A stretch of DNA of 64,000 bases from a virus. The position numbers and the translations under genes are program-made. The stretch lies in the IMG/VR virus record IMGVR_UViG_3300045988_106448. The stretch is one strand, 5' to 3'. Below are positions 38,543 to 48,076 of this stretch, piece after piece (the stretch's first letter is position 1; every line of letters starts with the position of its first letter). The notes beneath the pieces were generated by a model that worked only from the letters and a program-made list of their open reading frames with translations, did not search any database and had not been told where the DNA came from.

Positions 38543-39937
38543 ATGAGTAAATTAAATATTTATCGGAACACATTCTTAGAGAAAGAGGAACTTGATCAGT
38601 TGGTCAAGTTCTCCACTCAGAATACGGCTTTAGAAGCCATTCTGTCGGCTTCTCTATCCTTTGGGCTTGTGTCTCCCGGTTCAAAACCGGGTGTGCCCTT
38701 TAGGGTTACGGTTTCCACTACATTTGGAACCGTGAACATTGCCGGGGGGTACGTGATCGGTCCGAATTACAAACCGTTTTACGTGCCGTCGCAGCAGAAT
38801 TTTGTCATTCCTAATGACAATCAGTACTATTGGATTAAGGTAGCGTATCGGTCAACCAACACGGAACCGGGGTACGCCGCTGTTGATGCCTCTGGTAACT
38901 TATCAGGAACCGTGAATTTTGCGGGCTTAGTTCGAGGTCAAAGTTCTGGTGTTGCCACGTGTATCAAATTTGTTAAATTTGATGAAGAGGGAAATCCAGT
39001 GGCAGTCTTGAATGACAAGGTTTATCAGGTAGTTGATATCGTGAATGACACGAATCTAGTGTTATCAAGCGGATACGCCTTCCAACCGGAACAACAATTG
39101 AAAGTCGTTATTTTGGGAAGTATGCCTATGGGTCGTAGGTTCACTGACGCTCAATTAGCGGGCGGCTTGTATCAATATGATTCTTACAAAATTAGTTTGG
39201 TACTGGAAACCACCACCGGAGTACAACCTCCTAAAGATGAAAACGAGTATTATATTGCTAGGGTACAAAATAACGGAGGATCGATAACGATTTTGGATGA
39301 GCGAGAGGAATTTTGGAATTTAGGTGGAGGAGGGACACCTTCGGAGTTGTTCACGTTAACGATTTTGCCAAACCCTACTGACGCCCGAGTAATCATTGAC
39401 GGAGTGGTTACTAACACCGTGACAGGTGTGAACGGGCGAACGGTTTCTTATTCCGTTTCAAAATCTGGTTATGTTACTAAAACGGGCACATACACGTTTC
39501 ACGGTACAGATGAAACTCTGACCGTGACGCTTGTGGAAGACCCAAATCCTCCCGTGGAGATTCAGGTGACTTGTCGTACTGAAACAGGTGACACCTCACA
39601 AGGTTCTATTCAGTTGAATAGTGGGAACAAGGTGGCTTCTGACACGCAATCAGCTATTGCGGGGATACCCCAGACGATAGAGGCATATCCGGCAGAAGGA
39701 TACGCTTTTGCCGCATGGTATCGTAACGGTGTGCAATGGAGTACAAACGTGCAGGAAAATCCAGTGTTAACGTCTGATACTACATTTGTAGCTTATTTTG
39801 TGCCTTCGGTTGGACATTATTGGGATTTTGAAGTGAAACTTCAGACACCCGTTGGAGGACAAACTCATGAATTATTAACTGTGCCTTCTGCTTCAGGAAC
39901 AGGAGAAGACGAAGGCGTGATGGTAAAAATAAACTAA
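38543..39937 (+). CDS. Putative tail fibre / receptor-binding protein, 464 aa, with a carboxypeptidase-regulatory-like beta-sandwich segment
   Basis: 'LTILPNPTDARVIIDGVVTNTVTGVNGRTVSYSVSKSGYVTKTGTYTF' resembles CarbopepD_reg-like domains, which are common in Bacteroidota surface proteins. Confidence 0.4.
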   Translation: MSKLNIYRNTFLEKEELDQLVKFSTQNTALEAILSASLSFGLVSPGSKPGVPFRVTVSTTFGTVNIAGGYVIGPNYKPFYVPSQQNFVIPNDNQYYWIKVAYRSTNTEPGYAAVDASGNLSGTVNFAGLVRGQSSGVATCIKFVKFDEEGNPVAVLNDKVYQVVDIVNDTNLVLSSGYAFQPEQQLKVVILGSMPMGRRFTDAQLAGGLYQYDSYKISLVLETTTGVQPPKDENEYYIARVQNNGGSITILDEREEFWNLGGGGTPSELFTLTILPNPTDARVIIDGVVTNTVTGVNGRTVSYSVSKSGYVTKTGTYTFHGTDETLTVTLVEDPNPPVEIQVTCRTETGDTSQGSIQLNSGNKVASDTQSAIAGIPQTIEAYPAEGYAFAAWYRNGVQWSTNVQENPVLTSDTTFVAYFVPSVGHYWDFEVKLQTPVGGQTHELLTVPSASGTGEDEGVMVKIN

Positions 39938-39938
39938 G

Positions 39939-40508
39939 ATGCAATTATTCTACACAACGACAGCAGGTTACGATCAGCCCCAACCGAACCCCGGAGTTTC
40001 TTTGGGAGGTTATAAGTCTTCTACTCTAGTAGGAAATGATGACTTTGGAAATATTTTTGATGATATTTCTGTGATGGCGATTAAAAACGGCAGAGATGAA
40101 TACCGGGCTATTATCTTGCGTAACAGTTATAATCAAGAAGTAACAGATGTGACGATAAAGATGGTGGTTCCAGAGGATGCGATTTGCACCTTTAAAATGG
40201 CGACAACCGTATTAAATGGTAAGGACAAGTATAACAAACCGTTTATGGAGAATGTGATGTCTCCTACCAATAAACCATTTAACGCACAGTTTGTGGAAAT
40301 GGTAGACGGTGCGGAATTACTGATTCCTTCCATGCAACCCGGTGAGGAAGTAGGTATTTGGATTGGCAGGCATATTGATGTTGAAAAAGCCCGGTTACAA
40401 TATGAAACGGTGGCTGAAAAAGATCCAGATGACCCGACAGGTAGAAGATATCGACCTGTAACATTCCCTACCGTTGAAAGTGTTGACGTGGAAATAGGGT
40501 GGAACTAA
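39939..40508 (+). CDS. Hypothetical tail-associated protein, 189 aa
   Basis: ORF with ATG start. A terminator-like hairpin follows. Confidence 0.4.
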   Translation: MQLFYTTTAGYDQPQPNPGVSLGGYKSSTLVGNDDFGNIFDDISVMAIKNGRDEYRAIILRNSYNQEVTDVTIKMVVPEDAICTFKMATTVLNGKDKYNKPFMENVMSPTNKPFNAQFVEMVDGAELLIPSMQPGEEVGIWIGRHIDVEKARLQYETVAEKDPDDPTGRRYRPVTFPTVESVDVEIGWN

Positions 40509-40514
40509 AGGTAT

Positions 40515-40535
40515 GGCGGGGCGACCCGCCTTCCT
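40515..40535 (+). terminator. Hairpin ggcggg-gcga-cccgcc followed by an A/T-rich tract
   Basis: Perfect 6-bp GC stem at 40515-40530, just downstream of the 40508 stop and upstream of the likely true start of the next gene at 40547. Confidence 0.4.
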
Positions 40536-40546
40536 TAAAATTAAAA

Positions 40547-41188
40547 ATGATTATGTTATATGATGAAGAAACTACTATAAAGATTGTTCTTCGATGTTAT
40601 GAATATCTCCAGATTAGAATGCGGGTACAACCTCGTTCTATAAACATGAAGACTCAGCAGCATCAAAAGTGGGTGAAGAAGTTTATCGCTAAACTGCCAC
40701 CTTCTGCCGGGGCTGATTTTATTTGGGACTTTTTATTGTTTCAGTTTTATATGTACGCCCGGCAAACACATAAGCAACCCCCTCTATGCTCGTGGTTTTT
40801 AATGCAGGAAGCGTGGAGAAGATATGAAGAGTATGAAGAAGGAGCGTTTTATTATTCTCGACTGTGGGGGTCAGAACAGAAATTCAGTTGCCCCGTTAAG
40901 AGCCACACGTATACCCCGGTAAAGCAAGAAGTTTTAGATAAGGAAAGACTGAGAATGTCAAGAATTTCTGGACCGAATTTTTGTGTTGCCAAGTATGGGG
41001 AAAAGGCATACGTTGAAGGTAGTGAAATGTGTGATAAATGTCCTTTTGAAAAGACGTGTTACACGTTGTTTTGCAACGAGGGTAATTTGTATCACAAATT
41101 AGAACAACTTCCTAATGATGTTTCTGGGAACGTGAAGTTGAGACCCGTTAATTCAAGCATAGCAGATTATGGAGAAGAAGATTTGTAG
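40547..41188 (+). CDS. Hypothetical Cys-rich protein, 213 aa from the ATG at 40547
   Basis: The ORF-track start at 40499 would place the terminator hairpin inside the coding region. The ATG at 40547 gives MIMLYDEETT... Cysteine cluster 'CDKCPFEKTCYTLFC'. Confidence 0.4.
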   Translation: MIMLYDEETTIKIVLRCYEYLQIRMRVQPRSINMKTQQHQKWVKKFIAKLPPSAGADFIWDFLLFQFYMYARQTHKQPPLCSWFLMQEAWRRYEEYEEGAFYYSRLWGSEQKFSCPVKSHTYTPVKQEVLDKERLRMSRISGPNFCVAKYGEKAYVEGSEMCDKCPFEKTCYTLFCNEGNLYHKLEQLPNDVSGNVKLRPVNSSIADYGEEDL

Positions 41189-41555
41189 CAAATGCGGACG
41201 TGAAAAGTACATCGTAAATAAAACGAAGTGCTTGTGCGATGAATGTAATTACAAGCGTTTGCACAATGGTTTGACACGATTTGAGATTGCCCGGCTACGG
41301 CAACAAGCCAAACCACCCAAGAAAAAGAAACCCACGGGTGAATTAGATCTCTTTAAAGAGATTTGGGCGGAACGCCCGCATATTTGTACCAAATGTGGGA
41401 AGCCTCTCGGTGCGACGTTAAAACCGATCTTTTTTAGTCACATAAAATCGAAAGGGGCTTACCCCGAATTGCGGTTAATGAAAACAAATATAGAACTCGT
41501 GTGTGCTGAATGTCATCAGATTTATGAATTTGGCTCACGGAAAAACTTACAATAA
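41169..41555 (+). CDS. HNH endonuclease, 128 aa
   Basis: Zinc-finger cysteines 'CSKCG...CLCDEC' and 'ICTKCGKP', plus 'FSHIKSKGAYPELRLMKTNIELVCAECHQ', an H-N-H core. Confidence 0.55.
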   Translation: MEKKICSKCGREKYIVNKTKCLCDECNYKRLHNGLTRFEIARLRQQAKPPKKKKPTGELDLFKEIWAERPHICTKCGKPLGATLKPIFFSHIKSKGAYPELRLMKTNIELVCAECHQIYEFGSRKNLQ

Positions 41556-41567
41556 AAGATTACGTAT

Positions 41568-41963
41568 ATGGCATTATTAGATGATAATTTTAGCGCAGAC
41601 GTGTTAATGAGAATTTGTCGAATTTTAGGTGCACCTAAAGTGGCAGATTTAATAGACTTTCGGGAAGATGTACCTGAAGCACGTTTGAAGAAAGCGATTA
41701 ACGGGTTTACTGATAGACTGGAACAAAAGTTTAAATCTAAATTGTTCACGTTTAGGGATAGGGAAAAACAAAGCGTTATTCGCTATTTTATTGTTAGCTT
41801 TAAAGAAGGGGAATCAATAGAGGGGGAACCGATGATAATCATTAACGATTTCAAGGAGGGCATTAAGGCTGATAAGAATCCTGTGTTAGATTTACAGCTA
41901 GTTTATGACGATATAGAAGATCGTGATAAAGATATTGAGGATTTAAAATTTTTACTAAAATAA
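41568..41963 (+). CDS. Hypothetical protein, 131 aa
   Basis: ORF with ATG start. Confidence 0.4.
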   Translation: MALLDDNFSADVLMRICRILGAPKVADLIDFREDVPEARLKKAINGFTDRLEQKFKSKLFTFRDREKQSVIRYFIVSFKEGESIEGEPMIIINDFKEGIKADKNPVLDLQLVYDDIEDRDKDIEDLKFLLK

Positions 41964-41970
41964 TTTTGTT

Positions 41971-42624
41971 ATGGACACAACAGTAAAGTACATTATTTGT
42001 GCCGATGTAGAGTCTGGTGGGCTCCCGAATAAGAACAAAAAGGCTTTTGACGATGTAGCACTCGCCGAGGTGGCTATGGTGGTAGTAGATTGTATTAATT
42101 TGGAAATTGTTACCGAATACAATGCGATTATCGCTCCTTATAAAGATGGGCTTGAATACTCTCCACAGGCTGAGGAAGTGCATGGATTGTCAGTTCAGCA
42201 CCTAACTGAAAATGGGGAAGACATCAAAACCGTGTACAAGGAAACGAAAGCCCTTCTCAAGAAATACGCCAATAAGAGAATAGGTGCTATTCTAGCCGGG
42301 CATAATTTTCAACTCTTTGATATTCCATTTTTTGAAGGTATGTTTGCCTTTAATAATGATGATTTGTGGGAATACGTGAAGTTTGTTGAAGATACCATGA
42401 AATTGAGTTGGTACCGGGGTTTGGAACAAGAGAATTACAAATTGGGAACGTGCTGTCGCAAAGAGGGTGTTGAATTGGTAAACGCTCACCGGGCGTTAGC
42501 CGATACCCGTGCGAATGCCGAATTACTTATCAAATATTTACAAATTTTCAGAGGGGACGGCGTGGCTAATACCGCCCCGGTTGAAGTGAAATCAAGGTTT
42601 AGAGAAACTTTTCAAATTGTGTAA
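41971..42624 (+). CDS. DnaQ-like 3'-5' exonuclease, DEDDh family
   Basis: Exo I 'IICADVESGG' (DxE), Exo II 'ILAGHNFQLFDIPFF', Exo III 'HRALADTRANAEL'. Confidence 0.7.
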   Translation: MDTTVKYIICADVESGGLPNKNKKAFDDVALAEVAMVVVDCINLEIVTEYNAIIAPYKDGLEYSPQAEEVHGLSVQHLTENGEDIKTVYKETKALLKKYANKRIGAILAGHNFQLFDIPFFEGMFAFNNDDLWEYVKFVEDTMKLSWYRGLEQENYKLGTCCRKEGVELVNAHRALADTRANAELLIKYLQIFRGDGVANTAPVEVKSRFRETFQIV

Positions 42625-42627
42625 GAG

Positions 42628-44727
42628 ATGATAAGATTTAATGAGGATGGGAAGCTGTCGCATAAGCAGCTTGACGCCGTTTTCAACACCACATTCAACG
42701 TCCTGGAGGCTCTCCCTACCAAGGCGTTGAATCAACTGTTGGACGGGTATGGCGGTGATGTCGATGAAATGATGAACGAGATATTTAAGCAAACGAATCA
42801 GGTGCTTAATTTAAACCATACCTTAGAAACCGAACGTCTTCAGTACGTTGATTGTCTTACGGAATCAATGGATGAAACGTTAAAGGTGAAATCTTACAAT
42901 TATTTCAAGACGACCATGCTGCCTTCCTTTAGACAAGGGTGGAGAAATTTAGAGTGGGGTAATATGGTGCAGTTATATCCTAGTAGTGCGTACCTTGCCG
43001 CTCGTTCACATGGAAAGTGTTTTATTGCGGGCACTCCAATTTTAATGGCAGATTTCACGGTTAAGAACGTGGAGGACATTTACCCCGGCATGGAAGTAAT
43101 GGGGATAGATTACACGCCTCGTAAAGTGCTTACCCGACATATAGGTGAGGGGCAAATGTTTAGGGTAGAACAAGAGAATGGCATCCCCTACGTGGTGAAT
43201 TTCTGGCACGTGATGTGTTTGTATGACACCAAGAAGAAAGCGTATGTGGAAATGCCGATGAACGAGTTTTATAAATACCCGGTAAAGAAGCAGCGTCGTT
43301 TTCAGGGGTATCGGGTATTTAGTCCGGACACACCAATCTTTGAAAAGAGTGATATTAGAGTGACTTGCATTGGTAGGGATTCTTATTACGGTTTCATGAC
43401 AGATGGTGATCATTTGTTCCAATTAGAAGATGGAACAGTGGTGCATAATTCTTACGAGTTTTGTTACGCCTTTCCATTGTGGAGGCTGTACACCTACAAA
43501 CGCCCCACGTTCATGAGGGCGGACACTCCCGATAATAAGAATCGTCAAGAAACTTGTATTATTACTAATACGGAAAAGTTGGGTAAGGAGCATATTGATA
43601 AAATTGCGGAGGAAATTAAAATTAATGATGCTCTAGGCTATCGTATTAACCCGAACGGAAAGGCGTCACTTGCTGCCACGGGTATAGAGGGGGAGAACGG
43701 TACGAAATTGCACTTGCGTGGAAAGGATGGGTTTATTCGTGGTTTGCACGTGGGGGCGGCGGTGAGCGATGACTTACCTGACGAATCCAGTATATACAGT
43801 TTGGAACAGCGTGAGAAATTGATTGATTTGTTCAACGGTACGATTTCACCTATTGTTGAGCCATACGGGTATAATCTTGTGGATGGAACCCCGTATCAAG
43901 AGAATGACCTTTACGCTAAGCTGAAAGAAGACCCCAAGTTTAAAGTATTCGAATACCCGGCAGTCTTTCCTGATGGACGTTTGCTCGCTCCCGACCGTTT
44001 CACGTTTAAGAAATTGATGGAGGAAAAACAATCATTGGGAACTATGGTGTTTAGCCGTGAGTATTTGGTTGTGCCAATCAGTGACGATAGTACGATATTC
44101 CCGTGGGAAATTCTTATGCGTAGCACGTATGGAATGGAAAAGTATATGTTAGTGAATAACATAGAATCTTTTCCTATTAAACTAGCCAAAGTAGTGATTG
44201 GGTGCGACTTTGCTGTTTCCGGTAACGTGGGGGCGGATTACACTTGTTATTCCGTTTGGGGTAAAGATTTGCTAGGGAATTATTATCTCCTATATATTTA
44301 TCGTGAAAAGGGGCTTTCTCATAACGAACAGTTGAATAAAATAATGCAGCTAGACCGTAGCTTTAAACCAAGCGAAATCGTAGTAGAAAATAACGGTTTC
44401 CAAAGCATACTTGCGGATATGGCACGTCAACAGGGTATTAGAAATATTACACCATTTACCACCACAGCCGGAAATAAGAAAGACTTACGTACTGGGTGGG
44501 TGTCGTTGGCAGCGTTGTTCGAGCGTGGGGCGATAAAATGCCCGTGGCATACCGATAGCCGTAAACAGGTCGAGCAAATGTTCGGGGAATTCAATAGTAT
44601 TGCATTTCGTCCGGACAAGGGAACGCTAGAAAGTATTAGCGGGCATGATGATACTGTGTCATCGGCGTTTATGGCTATTAACAAGTTGAGAGAGGGAACT
44701 ATTAGAGTAGTAGTAGATTCAATTTAA
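42628..44727 (+). CDS. terL: Terminase large subunit, ATPase plus RNaseH-like nuclease, interrupted by an in-frame mini-intein
   Basis: The P-loop 'AARSHGK[intein]SYEF' is reconstituted after intein removal. The C-terminal nuclease motifs 'VIGCDFAVSGN' and 'SGHDDTVSSAFMA' are typical of terminase nuclease domains. Confidence 0.75.
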   Translation: MIRFNEDGKLSHKQLDAVFNTTFNVLEALPTKALNQLLDGYGGDVDEMMNEIFKQTNQVLNLNHTLETERLQYVDCLTESMDETLKVKSYNYFKTTMLPSFRQGWRNLEWGNMVQLYPSSAYLAARSHGKCFIAGTPILMADFTVKNVEDIYPGMEVMGIDYTPRKVLTRHIGEGQMFRVEQENGIPYVVNFWHVMCLYDTKKKAYVEMPMNEFYKYPVKKQRRFQGYRVFSPDTPIFEKSDIRVTCIGRDSYYGFMTDGDHLFQLEDGTVVHNSYEFCYAFPLWRLYTYKRPTFMRADTPDNKNRQETCIITNTEKLGKEHIDKIAEEIKINDALGYRINPNGKASLAATGIEGENGTKLHLRGKDGFIRGLHVGAAVSDDLPDESSIYSLEQREKLIDLFNGTISPIVEPYGYNLVDGTPYQENDLYAKLKEDPKFKVFEYPAVFPDGRLLAPDRFTFKKLMEEKQSLGTMVFSREYLVVPISDDSTIFPWEILMRSTYGMEKYMLVNNIESFPIKLAKVVIGCDFAVSGNVGADYTCYSVWGKDLLGNYYLLYIYREKGLSHNEQLNKIMQLDRSFKPSEIVVENNGFQSILADMARQQGIRNITPFTTTAGNKKDLRTGWVSLAALFERGAIKCPWHTDSRKQVEQMFGEFNSIAFRPDKGTLESISGHDDTVSSAFMAINKLREGTIRVVVDSI
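43018..43449 (+). mobile_element. Mini-intein (Hint domain, 144 aa, no endonuclease domain) inserted in the terminase P-loop
   Basis: Begins 'CFIAGTPILMADF' (block A, Cys1) and ends 'DGTVVHN' followed by Ser+1 ('SYEF'). Excision rejoins GK-S of the Walker A motif. Confidence 0.75.
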
Positions 44728-44733
44728 AAGATT

Positions 44734-46314
44734 ATGAGTAAGAAAGTTGATGCCATTCTAAGCCCCACATTTGTCGAAGAAATGATGCGATTAGCATTCG
44801 CGAATAGAGAGTTCGCTAGGCTTGTCACGTCAAATATTGATTTAAGCAATTTCCCTAGGGAGTTAGGTGGCTGTAAAGCCATGTTAAAAGTATTGAATGA
44901 CAATATGAAGAACGGTCGCCATGCGACGTTCGGCATGGTTGAGATGGCTTATAGCAATAAAGAGGATGTCCTCAAAAAGATAAAGGATGTACAGGCGTTA
45001 CCCGTGCCAGAGGTAGAACCGATGGTGGATCAACTTGAAACCTTCCTAAAACGTCAGACGTTTGTTGCCACGCAACATGAAATTTCTGATATGTATAACG
45101 AAGGTAAACAAGAAGAAGCGATGGCGTTATTGGAGAAACGAATGATAGAAATCAATAGTTTCTCCCTAACTAAAGACAACGGGCAGTTTAGGCGTGTGTA
45201 CAGGGATTTTGATAAGAATATTAATACCATAGCCGCAAAAGCGGAAGACGAAACTCGTCGTTCGAAAATGCCTATCGGTATTACAACTATTGATGAGATT
45301 ACCGATGGGGGTATCCCCCGTCAGGACACGGTGTTAATGATCATGCGATCCGGTGTTGGTAAATCAACGGCGTTGAAATACATAGCGTGGTATAACACGG
45401 CGATAGCCCATAACCACGTTCTTCACGTGCAGTTAGAGGGTGGAGCGGATGAAGCGGTGGTAAAGTTTGACCAGATGATTGCCCATACCACCTATTCCAA
45501 AATTATGCGTGGTGATTTAACTGAGGAAACCCGGCTACGGGTGAAAGGGTTGATTAACCGGGCAAACCTTGTGAATAGTGATATTGACGTTTACGCCACG
45601 GAAGAGTTACTAGACCTCACGATTGGTGATCTAGTGCAGGTTATAGAGGATTACAAAAAGGAATACGGGTTTTACCCTGACCTCCTAACGTTGGATTCTA
45701 TAGACTTGTTATTGACGGGTGAAAGCCGCAAAATAGACTACGATCCCAACTTTATAAAATACCGCTTGCAAAAGTGTGCCCAACGGTTAAAAGATATTGC
45801 TAAGAAGTACGACATGGTTGTCGTGACAGCAACCCAAACCGGAGACGTGCCGTTTGAAGTATGGAACGATCCTAACCGGGTTATTACCCGTGCCAATACC
45901 GAAGGCGACCGTACATTGGTTAAGCCATTTTCATTCGTGTTAACGGGTAACGTTACGCTAGAGGAAGGAAAGAATAACATGATGCGGTTGTATTTTGATA
46001 AAATGCGTAATTACAAGAACAACGGTATTATAGTTAGAATTCCAACGAATTACGAGAATGGTTTCTTCTATGATATGGCACGTTCTTCTACATTGGAAAC
46101 CGTGTTGGACGTTTCAGCGTTAGAGAAACTAGAACGCCGGGGTAAAAATAAGGAAAGAGGGGTCAAAGAGGAGCGAGTAGAGATTCAACCGGGAGTGTAT
46201 GGCAGTAAGGTTGCCGACGGTGCGCCCGTGTCTAAAAGAGACTCTAGCGACGTTGTAGACGAACGTACCATGAAGGAATCATTTAAGGATTGGAATAAAC
46301 GCAATAGAAAATGA
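44734..46314 (+). CDS. DnaB-like replicative helicase, 526 aa
   Basis: Walker A 'MRSGVGKSTALKY'. Walker B-like 'LLTLDSIDLL' (compare DnaB 'LVVIDYLQL'). Has an N-terminal domain of about 180 aa. Confidence 0.55.
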   Translation: MSKKVDAILSPTFVEEMMRLAFANREFARLVTSNIDLSNFPRELGGCKAMLKVLNDNMKNGRHATFGMVEMAYSNKEDVLKKIKDVQALPVPEVEPMVDQLETFLKRQTFVATQHEISDMYNEGKQEEAMALLEKRMIEINSFSLTKDNGQFRRVYRDFDKNINTIAAKAEDETRRSKMPIGITTIDEITDGGIPRQDTVLMIMRSGVGKSTALKYIAWYNTAIAHNHVLHVQLEGGADEAVVKFDQMIAHTTYSKIMRGDLTEETRLRVKGLINRANLVNSDIDVYATEELLDLTIGDLVQVIEDYKKEYGFYPDLLTLDSIDLLLTGESRKIDYDPNFIKYRLQKCAQRLKDIAKKYDMVVVTATQTGDVPFEVWNDPNRVITRANTEGDRTLVKPFSFVLTGNVTLEEGKNNMMRLYFDKMRNYKNNGIIVRIPTNYENGFFYDMARSSTLETVLDVSALEKLERRGKNKERGVKEERVEIQPGVYGSKVADGAPVSKRDSSDVVDERTMKESFKDWNKRNRK

Positions 46315-47357
46315 AATACGATAAGGATGCCATAATTGCTGAATTTAACCTTGTTAAGTTCGGAACCCAAGGTTGGTTGACCAACCGGAATATGGAATGT
46401 CCTTTTTGTGGAAGAACGGGTAAGTGGGGGATTATTTTTAACGAGAGCGGTATTGCAACGTTTCACTGTTGGAAATGCCCCCGCAAAACCTCCCTATACG
46501 AATTTCTAAAAAAGCTAAATAAAACCTCCCTAGCTAAAAAGACGTTTGTTCCAAACACGGCTAAGGACTTGGACAAGTGCCCTCGGCTTGATGCGGAAAT
46601 TCAAATGGATAAGGCAAATTGGATGGAAGAGGAAGAATCGGAAGAATTTAAAATTACCCCGGTTTCGTTGCCATTGAGGCTAAAACCTTTAGTTCACGAT
46701 GCTTATTTGGACGGTCGTGGTTTTAAGGAATGCCATTATAAAGAATTTGAACCCTCCTATACAGATTCACCGTTAAACCCCAAGTTGCAGAATTACATTA
46801 TCTTTAAGATAAAGATAGATGGCATTCCAGTGGCATGGTGGGCGAGAAGTAGAAATAGTAAGGAATGGCACAAGGCTAATCTGGAAGCGTATAAACGGGG
46901 AGAAGCTGATTTGGTTTTACGGTATAGAAACTCGGAAACGAATTTTCAGGACTTACTAGGCGGGTATGATGATATTATTGAAGGTAAAACGGAAACGGTT
47001 ATTATAGTGGAAGGTATCTTTGATAAGATAAATATTGATAACCTGTTAGGTCTTTCCGAGGTCGATGATATCAAATGTTGTTTCACGTTCGGTAATAATA
47101 TAGGGCGGGGGCAAATAGAGGCGATGCGCCGTAAGAAAGTTAAGACGGTTATTCTCTTATATGATTACGGCACGATAAACGAAAGTAAGGAAACGGCGTT
47201 TAGAATGAGAGATGTATTTGAGCAAGTGTACGTGACCGCTATACGGCAGGAGGGAGTTGATCCGGGTAATATTACGTTGGAATATTTAGAAGAAGTTTTA
47301 ACCCAAGCGACAGACCCTATAAACTTTTATGCGAATAAAGTGGAAGTAAAATTTTAA
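46311..47357 (+). CDS. DNA primase, zinc ribbon plus TOPRIM, DnaG/gp61-like
   Basis: 'CPFCGRTGKWGIIFNESGIATFHCWKCPRK' (CxxC-x17-CxxC). 'ETVIIVEGIFDKINID' is a TOPRIM glutamate motif. Adjacent to the helicase. Confidence 0.5.
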   Translation: MKYDKDAIIAEFNLVKFGTQGWLTNRNMECPFCGRTGKWGIIFNESGIATFHCWKCPRKTSLYEFLKKLNKTSLAKKTFVPNTAKDLDKCPRLDAEIQMDKANWMEEEESEEFKITPVSLPLRLKPLVHDAYLDGRGFKECHYKEFEPSYTDSPLNPKLQNYIIFKIKIDGIPVAWWARSRNSKEWHKANLEAYKRGEADLVLRYRNSETNFQDLLGGYDDIIEGKTETVIIVEGIFDKINIDNLLGLSEVDDIKCCFTFGNNIGRGQIEAMRRKKVKTVILLYDYGTINESKETAFRMRDVFEQVYVTAIRQEGVDPGNITLEYLEEVLTQATDPINFYANKVEVKF

Positions 47358-47360
47358 GGT

Positions 47361-47831
47361 ATGGAAAACGAATATCGTATTAGTCACGAACAGTTCCTAA
47401 TTAATCTTCAGTTAGAGTACCTAACTCATAGATTAAGATCATTGATTTACCGAACAGCGTCTTACGCTCAGGTGGCGGCAGATATAGCATCTAAGAAAAG
47501 ATCGAAGATAGAGGATTTGGGAAAGAAATTTGGGATACGGACAATCTTTAGTCCGGGCTTTGACGTATTAGGGTTTGTAAACTTATATTTCTGGTCGGGG
47601 CGGGGTTTACCGCACTTCCAATATAAGGATGAGGAACAAAGAAGAGTACAAGGTAATTATGACAAATGGTATATTTTGTTTCGTGGAACACGAGTGAAAT
47701 ATAAAGGCAGGAGAACCGAAGTTGTTTCGAATAATCCTGTCCGGAAAGAGGTAATCGTCAAGACTCTTTCTGGCAATCAATTGGCGAAATATAGTGAATT
47801 AACAATTAAAAAAGATTTCGAATGGATTTGA
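47361..47831 (+). CDS. Hypothetical protein, 156 aa
   Basis: ORF with ATG start. Confidence 0.4.
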   Translation: MENEYRISHEQFLINLQLEYLTHRLRSLIYRTASYAQVAADIASKKRSKIEDLGKKFGIRTIFSPGFDVLGFVNLYFWSGRGLPHFQYKDEEQRRVQGNYDKWYILFRGTRVKYKGRRTEVVSNNPVRKEVIVKTLSGNQLAKYSELTIKKDFEWI

Positions 47832-48076
47832 AAATTGTAAACCACAGTACACATGAATTGCCCGTGTACAAGACAAAAGATTCGGCAGGAGCCGATTTAA
47901 GAGCGTTCTTACCTGAAGAGAAAGTTATTTACCTGCAACCGGGGGAACGTCGATTAATCCCTACTGGATTACACATGGCTATTCCGGAGGGGATGGTAGG
48001 ATTTATTTGCCCTCGTAGCGGTATGGCGGTAAAACAAGGTTTGACCGTTATTAACGCTCCGGGAGTAATAGACGCT
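47822..48076 (+). CDS. dut: dUTPase exon 1 (motifs 1-2 and the first half of motif 3, ending ...GVIDA)
   Basis: 'SAGADLRA' (motif 1), 'CPRSGMAVKQGL' (motif 2), 'GVIDA' (start of motif 3). The reading frame then hits a stop 7 codons into the insertion. Confidence 0.75.

Noticed and set aside
41568-41963. Small terminase subunit call for the 131-aa ORF near terL
   Set aside because: No helix-turn-helix or oligomerisation signature is recognisable, and it is separated from terL by the exonuclease gene. Left as hypothetical.
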